Source of the DNA: Methanotrichaceae archaeon
Lineage (GTDB): Archaea > Halobacteriota > Methanosarcinia > Methanotrichales > Methanotrichaceae
Reading direction: 5' to 3'
DNA length: 14,648 nucleotides
NCBI GenBank assembly: GCA_963803145.1
Contig: CAWDLW010000031.1
Coordinates: 1 to 14,648 of the forward strand
Shown here: piece by piece, positions 8,807 to 14,648 of the stretch
Position numbering within the stretch: position 1 is the first letter of the stretch
How the letters are laid out: each line of letters opens with the position of its first letter
Made by a program: the position numbers and the translations under genes
Notes under the pieces: model-generated
What the model was told of the DNA's origin: nothing
Databases searched by the model: none
Seen by the model: the letters and a program-made list of their open reading frames with translations, nothing else

Positions 8807-9331
8807 TCACCGCTTTACCACAGCTACTTTGGAGTAGCGGATAACTTTAGAGTTTAGGGCATAACCTCGCTGGATCTCTTGAGCAACTGTTCCATCTTCT
8901 ACATCCTCAGAGTTGATTTGGAACATAGCCTCATGTATATAGGGATCGAACTTTTTGCCGATCGCATCTATTGGGGAAAGCCCCTCACCCTTCAAGATAT
9001 CAAGTAACTGCCTGAAAAGCACCCTTGAGCCTTCATCATGCTTCGATGCCTGCTCAAGGCTGTCTAGAACGCAGAGAAGCTTGCAGATGAGCCTTTCAGA
9101 GGCATATTTTGCCAGCTCTTCTTTTTCCCTGGCAGTCCTTTTCAAGACATTATCCAGCTCTGCCCTGCATCTCATAAGCTGATCCAGACGCTCATCAGCT
9201 AGCCTTTGAGCATCTTTCAGCATTTTATCTTTATCTTCTAACAGTATCTCATCCATATCTTTATCTTCGGTGGCCTCCTCAGAAAGGCCTTCGGAGGCGT
9301 TCATTTCGCTTGAGTTCATGTGTTGCCTCAT
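8807..9331 (-). CDS. grpE: Nucleotide exchange factor GrpE
   Basis: Acidic N-terminal tail, coiled coil RCRAELDNVLKR, GKKFDPYIHEAM, QRGYALNSKVIRYSKVAV; GGAGGT SD 9 nt upstream of the ATG; directly upstream of dnaK. Confidence 0.95.
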   Translation of the reverse strand: MRQHMNSSEMNASEGLSEEATEDKDMDEILLEDKDKMLKDAQRLADERLDQLMRCRAELDNVLKRTAREKEELAKYASERLICKLLCVLDSLEQASKHDEGSRVLFRQLLDILKGEGLSPIDAIGKKFDPYIHEAMFQINSEDVEDGTVAQEIQRGYALNSKVIRYSKVAVVKR

Positions 9332-9384
9332 CTTGCCGTGACCTCCGCCGTTAATATGAATTTTAGAAAGGGGTCGAGGAGAGT

Positions 9385-9410
9385 AGGCCAGCTATAAGGC
9401 TGGCCTTATA
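9385..9410. other. Two overlapping 8-bp inverted repeats (hairpin/operator candidate) after the thermosome stop
   Basis: AGGCCAGC-6nt-GCTGGCCT (9385-9406) and TATAAGGC-2nt-GCCTTATA (9393-9410). Confidence 0.7.
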
Positions 9411-9417
9411 TCAACTT

Positions 9418-11046
9418 TTACATCATTGGCCTGGTGTAATCGTGCGGGCTCTGGCCTGGCTTGGCCTTGAGTCCCTCCTGCTTGGCTGCTATCACATCAT
9501 CCACTCTAAGAACCATTGTTGCGGCCTCAGTTGCTGACTTTATAGCTTGAGTCTTAACTTTAAGAGGCTCAACAACACCCATCTCCAGCATATCAGAAGG
9601 CTTTCCTGTATCCATGTTGAGGCCGTAATTCTTCATGCCTTGACCTTGCTTTGACCTGAGAGCCGCCAGGCAGTCAATTGGATCAAAGCCCGCATTCTCG
9701 GCGAGTACAATAGGTATGGACTCCACAGCATTCGCAAATGCTTGGACGGCCAGCTGTTCTCGGCCGCTTAGTGTGGAGGCATACTTCCTTATCTCCTCTG
9801 CCATATGGATCTCAGGAGCACCGCCGCCCGGAACGATCTTGCCGGATCTGATCACATCAGTTACAACATGCAGAGCATCCTCAAGTGCCCTTTCCATCTC
9901 ATCAAGGAACTTTTCAGAAACGCCATGGAGAATTATGGACACTGCCTTTGCATTCGTGCAGCCTTCGACGAAGATCATGTGCTTATCCTTTCCGACCTTC
10001 CGCTCCTCGACAAGTCCGCAGCTCCCCAGGTCTTTGGGAGTCACCTGCATGGCATCGCCAACGATTCTTGCGCCTGTGGCCAGTGCAAGCATCTTCAGGT
10101 CCTCATCCTTAACGCGGCGTGTGGCGAGGATGCCGTATTTTGCCAAATAATGTGAGGCAACGTTGCCTATACCCTTTTGGCAGAAGACCACATTGGCTCC
10201 GGCTTTGGCAATTGCGTCTACCTGGGCCTGCAGTACTCTCTCCTCGCTCTCCTTAAAGGCGCCAAGATCTTTGGCATCGGTTATGGTGATCTTGGCATCT
10301 GTTCCGAGCTTCTTCAGCTCAAGGGTTCCCTCGAAAAGCATAACTCGCGCATTCTCAATCCTCTTCGGCATCTCAGGATTGAGTCTGTCCTTATCGATCA
10401 CTATTCCCCGGGCGATCTCAGAATCCTCTATCCTTCCGCCTGTTAGCTTGACTATCTTGACGCTATCATCGAGATCTGCTATCTTGTTCTCAGCAGCAAC
10501 AGCGGCAGCATCGACTGCTATTTCAGAGAGTTTCCCTCCGAAGACCCCGATGCCCTTGCCGGTCATGGCAGTCGCTGCAATCTTCAGGAGCATATCGCGG
10601 TTGCCTGAAACATCGATTGCCATGTTATTCAGAATCTCCTGAGCCTTTGCCTGGGCCTGCTTGTAGCCCGAGACTATGACGGTAGGATGGACATTCTGGT
10701 CAATTAGCTTCTCAGCCTTTTCAAGCAGCTCTCCTGCGATAATTGCTGCTGTAGTTGTTCCATCGCCTATCTCGTCATCCTGCGCCTTGGCGACTTCAAC
10801 TATCATCTTGGCAACCGGGTGCTCTATATCCAGCTCTCTCAGAATTGTTGCGCCATCGTTGGTGATAGTAGCATCACCGCTCGCATCTACAAGCATCTTA
10901 TCCATGCCTTTGGGACCCAAAGTTGATCTCACAGAATCCGCAACGGCCTTGGCGGCCATTATATTCTTTCGCTGCGCATCCTTACCAGTCTCTCGCTTGC
11001 TTCCTTCTTTCAGTATCAGTATAGGTACACCGCTCAAACCAGCCAA
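9418..11046 (-). CDS. ths: Group II chaperonin (thermosome subunit), 542 aa
   Basis: [62 protein letters not shown]. Start moved from the ORF-track 11202 to TTG at 11046, which has a GGGGAGG SD 8 nt upstream and gives the typical N-terminus. Subunit identity not assignable. Confidence 0.96.
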   Translation of the reverse strand: MAGLSGVPILILKEGSKRETGKDAQRKNIMAAKAVADSVRSTLGPKGMDKMLVDASGDATITNDGATILRELDIEHPVAKMIVEVAKAQDDEIGDGTTTAAIIAGELLEKAEKLIDQNVHPTVIVSGYKQAQAKAQEILNNMAIDVSGNRDMLLKIAATAMTGKGIGVFGGKLSEIAVDAAAVAAENKIADLDDSVKIVKLTGGRIEDSEIARGIVIDKDRLNPEMPKRIENARVMLFEGTLELKKLGTDAKITITDAKDLGAFKESEERVLQAQVDAIAKAGANVVFCQKGIGNVASHYLAKYGILATRRVKDEDLKMLALATGARIVGDAMQVTPKDLGSCGLVEERKVGKDKHMIFVEGCTNAKAVSIILHGVSEKFLDEMERALEDALHVVTDVIRSGKIVPGGGAPEIHMAEEIRKYASTLSGREQLAVQAFANAVESIPIVLAENAGFDPIDCLAALRSKQGQGMKNYGLNMDTGKPSDMLEMGVVEPLKVKTQAIKSATEAATMVLRVDDVIAAKQEGLKAKPGQSPHDYTRPMM

Positions 11047-11077
11047 ACCGAGTTCCTCCCCGACTTTTTTCTTATAC

Positions 11078-11116
11078 CAGTTTGAAGTTCTATATAAATG
11101 ATTCGCATTGTTAGCT
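11078..11116 (-). promoter_or_regulatory. Putative thermosome (chaperone cluster) promoter
   Basis: Minus strand GCGAATCA (BRE-like), TTTATATA (11098-11091), then GAACTTCAAAC; predicted TSS near 11068, leaving a short leader containing the SD. Confidence 0.7.
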
Positions 11117-11142
11117 GGCGTATTTGTATACCGTTTCACATA

Positions 11143-11173
11143 TATATAGACTATATAGGAAGGTCTATATAGT
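11143..11173. promoter_or_regulatory. TATATAG x3 / inverted-repeat element in the divergent thermosome-pstB spacer
   Basis: TATATAG at 11143, 11152 and 11166; perfect IR ACTATATAG-N6-CTATATAGT (11150-11173); second IR TATATAGAC/GTCTATATA (11143-11171). Confidence 0.5.
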
Positions 11174-11244
11174 TCCCTAAAAGAGATCGCCTTAAAATTC
11201 AATGACGTTTATGATGCTTATAAAAGACATAGAGGAGAACTGCG

Positions 11245-11991
11245 GTGAGCTCCAAGATTATCTCTAAGAATCTGAACCTTTGGTATAGCGAGAAACAAGC
11301 CCTGAAGGATATCAACCTAGAGATTCCTGAGAAGAAAATAACAGCCCTCATAGGCCCATCAGGATGCGGCAAATCTACATTTATACGCTGTCTCAACAGA
11401 ATGAACGATCTAGTGGATAAGGTCAAGATCGAGGGTCAAGTCCTTTATGATGATGTCAATATTTATGGAAAGGATATAGATGTCGTGGAGCTAAGGAAGA
11501 AAATAGGTATGGTCTTTCAGAAGCCCAATCCGTTTCCGATGTCGATCTACGATAACGTAGCGTACGGTCCCAGAATTCATGGCGCCAGGAACATAGAACA
11601 GATAGTGGAAAGAAGCTTGAAAGACGCTGCATTATGGGAAGAAGTTTCAGATAGGCTGGATAAACCTGCTCTGGGCTTATCAGGCGGCCAGCAGCAGAGA
11701 CTTTGTATAGCCAGGACTCTGGCAATGAAGCCTGATGTTATTTTGTTGGACGAACCATGCAGCGCGCTTGACCCTATCTCGACCTCCAAGATAGAGACCC
11801 TCATGGAGAAGCTGAAGGATGGTTATACACAGGTGATCGTCACACATAATATGCAGCAGGCTGCGAGGGTTTCAGATTGCACGGCATTTTTCCTGATGGG
11901 AGAGCTAATAGAGGTGGGGGAGACAAAGCGCATCTTTGAGATGCCCAAGGAGAAGAGCACCGAGGATTATATAACCGGGAGATTTGGGTGA
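11245..11991 (+). CDS. pstB: Phosphate ABC transporter ATP-binding protein
   Basis: Walker [49 protein letters not shown], Walker [21 protein letters not shown]-terminal YITGRFG; GTG start with GAGGAG SD. Confidence 0.97.
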   Translation: MSSKIISKNLNLWYSEKQALKDINLEIPEKKITALIGPSGCGKSTFIRCLNRMNDLVDKVKIEGQVLYDDVNIYGKDIDVVELRKKIGMVFQKPNPFPMSIYDNVAYGPRIHGARNIEQIVERSLKDAALWEEVSDRLDKPALGLSGGQQQRLCIARTLAMKPDVILLDEPCSALDPISTSKIETLMEKLKDGYTQVIVTHNMQQAARVSDCTAFFLMGELIEVGETKRIFEMPKEKSTEDYITGRFG

Positions 11992-12010
11992 ACTTCGAGG
12001 GAGTGGGGAG

Positions 12011-12667
12011 ATGAGTCCGTACAGAGAAAGATATCATAGAGACCTAGATAAATTGAAAACCCTGACAGAGTGCCTTGCAGATCAAGTCAGCATAGCCATA
12101 GATAAAGCGGCCACTGCCCTTCGTGATTCAAATGTTGACATGGCAAAGGAGGTCGTCCAGGGCGATCATGACGTAGACGAAATGAGCCAAAAGATTGAGA
12201 ATTTATGCATGCAGCTTCTGGCACTTCAGCAACCTATGGCAAGGGATCTTAGGCAGATAATCGGCATATTGAAGATAGGCATAGATCTGGAAAGAATTGG
12301 AGATTTAGCTGTAGATATCGCCAGGGTAACTGTGCAATCAAAGAAGATTCAAATGACGAAGCTGGAGCACTTACCCCATATGGCTGAGATTGCAAGAAGA
12401 ATGCTTCATCAGGCGATGGAGGCGTTGACCAATGATGACGCTGATTTGGCGCGCCAGACTACTAAATGGGATTATGAAGTCGATGGCCTTTATGTTAAAG
12501 CAAGGGATAAACTATTCAAAATAATAATAGAGAACCCTGAGGCAATAAACGAAGGCATATCTCTGCTTATGGTGAACAGACACCTCGAGAGAATTGGAGA
12601 TCACATATGCAATATATGTGAATCCATTGTGTATATGGTTGAGGGTAAGAGGGAGCATCTCAATTAG
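12011..12667 (+). CDS. phoU: Phosphate signalling/transport regulator PhoU
   Basis: Two PhoU repeats: DHDVDEM...LALQQPMARDLR...DLERIGDLA and DYEVDGLY...HLERIGDHICNICE; ATG 12011 preferred over TTG 11984 (G-rich SD directly upstream, no overlap with pstB). Confidence 0.95.
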   Translation: MSPYRERYHRDLDKLKTLTECLADQVSIAIDKAATALRDSNVDMAKEVVQGDHDVDEMSQKIENLCMQLLALQQPMARDLRQIIGILKIGIDLERIGDLAVDIARVTVQSKKIQMTKLEHLPHMAEIARRMLHQAMEALTNDDADLARQTTKWDYEVDGLYVKARDKLFKIIIENPEAINEGISLLMVNRHLERIGDHICNICESIVYMVEGKREHLN

Positions 12668-13666
12668 ATGAATATGGATACAAGAAAAGTGCAGAGGACT
12701 GGAAAGTCCACCTTTATCGTTTCCCTGCCCAAAGGCTGGGCGACGAAGAACGGAATTCAGGCAGGATCAATAATATATATCACACAGAGCGATAACGGCG
12801 CCCTGACACTCTCAATAGACCGCTCTGAGCGTGACCTCAAAGCGAGATTAGATATAAAGGATAAGTCAGGAGAGCCTCTTGCAAGGGATATTATCGGCTG
12901 TTACCTCGGAGGATACAGGACCATTGAAGTATCATCCAATCATATGTCGGGAGCCCAGAAGAAAGATATCCGCCAGATAGTGAATAAGCTCATAGGCCCT
13001 GAGATCCTGGAGGAGACTATAAACAAAGTAATCATTCAGGATCTGCTTAGCTCAGAAGAACTTCAGGCCGATCGTGCCTTAAAACGCATCAGGACCGTCG
13101 TCAAATCCATGATCCAGGATGCCATATCTGCACTAGCGAGCAATAACAAGGAGCTTGCTTTGGACGTAATCCAAAGAGACAATGATGTAGACAGGTTGTA
13201 TCTGCTTATATCACGCCAGTTCACAGAGACACTCAGGTCTGGAACTGTAAAGCAGGACACACCCAACTCTATTGCAGCCTTCAATTACACTCAGGCAGCA
13301 TCCAACCTGGAAAGGATCGCTGACCACGCCCACAGGATAGCCGAAGTTGCATACGGCTGCGATAGCGTTCTGCCAGAGGAGCTCACCGGCGAGCTTGCGA
13401 GACTGGAATCCGTTTTCAGCATACTCATAGATGATTCAATAGCATACCTGCTCCAGTCAAATGCAGATAAGGCAAATGAACTAATAATTAGGATCAAGGA
13501 TGTAAAGGAACGCATTCAGCTCATTGCCAACTCAACAGATTCAAACGATAAATCAGAGATGCTTATCAGGCTAATTGTGGCAGGAAGCATGGAAAGGATG
13601 CTCGATTACATGATGAATATAGGCGAGCTGACAATTAACCTCTGTCATGCCACGGTTAGGTCTTAA
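12668..13666 (+). CDS. Archaeal phosphate uptake regulator (N-terminal AbrB/MazE DNA-binding domain plus PhoU domains)
   Basis: RKVQRTGKSTFIVSLPKGWA (AbrB-like); DNDVDRLY...NLERIADHA (PhoU); degenerate second repeat SMERMLDY; alternative start ATG 12674. Confidence 0.9.
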   Translation: MNMDTRKVQRTGKSTFIVSLPKGWATKNGIQAGSIIYITQSDNGALTLSIDRSERDLKARLDIKDKSGEPLARDIIGCYLGGYRTIEVSSNHMSGAQKKDIRQIVNKLIGPEILEETINKVIIQDLLSSEELQADRALKRIRTVVKSMIQDAISALASNNKELALDVIQRDNDVDRLYLLISRQFTETLRSGTVKQDTPNSIAAFNYTQAASNLERIADHAHRIAEVAYGCDSVLPEELTGELARLESVFSILIDDSIAYLLQSNADKANELIIRIKDVKERIQLIANSTDSNDKSEMLIRLIVAGSMERMLDYMMNIGELTINLCHATVRS

Positions 13667-13694
13667 CTGTTGAGATGGCAACTGCTGAGATGGA
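13665..13694 (+). repeat. 15-bp tandem duplication spanning the endonuclease V start
   Basis: AACTGTTGAGATGGC (13665-13679) vs AACTGCTGAGATGGA (13680-13694), 13/15 identical, each containing an in-frame ATG. Confidence 0.85.
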
Positions 13695-14343
13695 ATCCAT
13701 ACCACCAGACTTAGAAAGGCATCTGATCGAGATCCAGGAGACAATTGCTTCAAGGGTTTCCCTAAGGGATGATTATTCAGAGGATGCTGTTGCGGGTGTA
13801 GACCAAGCTTTTATTGAAGATCTGGTGATCTCAGGAGCGGTAGTGCTTCAGGAGCTTAAGATCACTGATGATGCCTGTTATATAGAGAAGGCAGCGATCC
13901 CGTATGTTCCTGGATTTCTTTCATTCAGAGAAGGGTCTCCGGCAATTAAGGCATTGAGAAGGCTAAAGATAAAACCAACTCTGATTTTCGTTGATGGCTG
14001 CGGCATAAACCATCCGAGGATGGCTGGACTCGCATCTTATGTGGGCGTTACACTTGATATTCCTACAATCGGCATCAGCAAGAGCGTGCTCTGCGGATGC
14101 TTCGAGGATCCTGTAGAAATAGGCGAGGCAGCGCCTTTGGTTTACGGCCAAAAGTTCGTAGGGTATGTTCTCAAATCCAAAAAAGGGTGCAGGCCGATAG
14201 TAGTAGCGCCAGGGCACAGGGTTTCTGTCGATTCATCACTGGAGCTTGCAAGGAAGTACTTAAAAGGCTACAAACTGCCGGAGCCCAGCAGACTTGCACA
14301 CGAGTATGCTAATGGAGTGAAGGCATCATACATCGGTAAATGA
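13675..14343 (+). CDS. nfi: Endonuclease V (deoxyinosine 3' endonuclease)
   Basis: AGVD, wedge PYVPGFLSFRE, VDGCGINHPR.AGLAS, PTIGISKS, PGH, LPEPSRLAH; start 13675 or 13690. Confidence 0.95.
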   Translation: MATAEMESIPPDLERHLIEIQETIASRVSLRDDYSEDAVAGVDQAFIEDLVISGAVVLQELKITDDACYIEKAAIPYVPGFLSFREGSPAIKALRRLKIKPTLIFVDGCGINHPRMAGLASYVGVTLDIPTIGISKSVLCGCFEDPVEIGEAAPLVYGQKFVGYVLKSKKGCRPIVVAPGHRVSVDSSLELARKYLKGYKLPEPSRLAHEYANGVKASYIGK

Positions 14344-14356
14344 ATTAGTAAATGAT

Positions 14357-14648
14357 TATAGTTAATCTCCTAGCTTTTTGCACTAAGAAATCGCTCCACC
14401 CAGGACTTTGAATATCCATCCTTTTTGGAATAAAATATTTCTAAAGCGCAATCTTGGCTAGCTATAATAGCTTCATCGAAATCAGTGTATTTGGCGATCT
14501 CTCTTTTGAAATCCTTCCAACCGAATTCTATAGGATTCAAATCTGGTGAATAGGGGATATTATAAATTAAGTGAATATCGATTTCCTCAGCTAGTTTTCT
14601 AAATTTCTTGGCCAAATGAATTCTAGCATTATCTAAAAGTATACAAGA
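14357..14648 (-). mobile_element. IS630-family insertion sequence, one end only (truncated by window edge)
   Basis: Transposase C-terminus in a visibly AT-richer segment; TATAGTTAATCTCC at 14357 fits a TA target plus terminal inverted repeat, but the partner end is outside the window so the boundary is inferred. Confidence 0.75.
14370..14648 (-). CDS. IS630-family transposase, C-terminal DDE_3 part (5' truncated by window)
   Basis: Frame is open to the edge: SCILLDNARIHLAKKFRKLAEEIDIHLIYNIPYSPDLNPIEFGWKDFKR; LDNAxxH and PYSPDLNPIE motifs with D34E spacing; TTG 14615 is not the true start. Confidence 0.92.
   Translation of the reverse strand, partial: SCILLDNARIHLAKKFRKLAEEIDIHLIYNIPYSPDLNPIEFGWKDFKREIAKYTDFDEAIIASQDCALEIFYSKKDGYSKSWVERFLSAKS

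Noticed and set aside
9716-11101. Several 75-159 aa plus-strand ORFs antisense to the thermosome gene
   Set aside because: Shadow ORFs of a conserved gene with Ser/Pro-rich mirror composition
11100-11114. CTAAC upstream of the thermosome BRE, resembling the Archaeoglobus HSR1 site CTAAC-N5-GTTAG
   Set aside because: Only one half-site is present (CTAAC-AATGC-GAATC on the minus strand)
11047-11202. 52-aa N-terminal extension of the thermosome in the ORF track
   Set aside because: Runs through AT-rich promoter DNA; SD plus TTG at 11046 gives the canonical N-terminus
8733-11244. CIRCE element (TTAGCACTC-N9-GAGTGCTAA) in the chaperone spacers
   Set aside because: Not found by eye in the intergenic regions, and no hrcA in the window
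11984-12010. TTG start for phoU overlapping pstB
   Set aside because: The extension is the G-rich SD region; ATG 12011 gives a normal PhoU N-terminus
1-14648. CRISPR array, tRNA/rRNA, defence or retroelement genes
   Set aside because: No repeat-spacer periodicity, no intergenic region with recognisable stable-RNA features, and all long ORFs are accounted for by known families

Overview
Archaeal chromosomal window. Gene content and style suggest a Methanothrix/Methanosarcinales-like methanogen (inference, no search run). Left to right: HAD hydrolase, pyrF and an MTH1187-family protein (+); a soluble 4xPAS-GAF hybrid histidine kinase and a stand-alone Hpt protein (+); a convergent chaperone cluster thermosome-grpE-dnaK-dnaJ (-); divergently, pstB-phoU-(AbrB-PhoU)-endonuclease V (+) with no pstSCA; and the 3' end of an IS630-family element (-) running off the right edge. 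Every protein belongs to a known family, so I see no new gene family. The most interesting signals are regulatory. The Hpt gene has its own BRE/TATA region that is 23/27 identical to the thermosome promoter, and its stop codon overlaps that of dnaJ. The dnaK promoter carries a palindrome inside a 19-bp tandem repeat. Two mutually exclusive inverted repeats lie between the thermosome gene and grpE. A TATATAG repeat/inverted repeat lies in the divergent thermosome/pstB spacer. Together these suggest a testable but unproven link between a His-Asp-His phosphorelay and the chaperone regulon.
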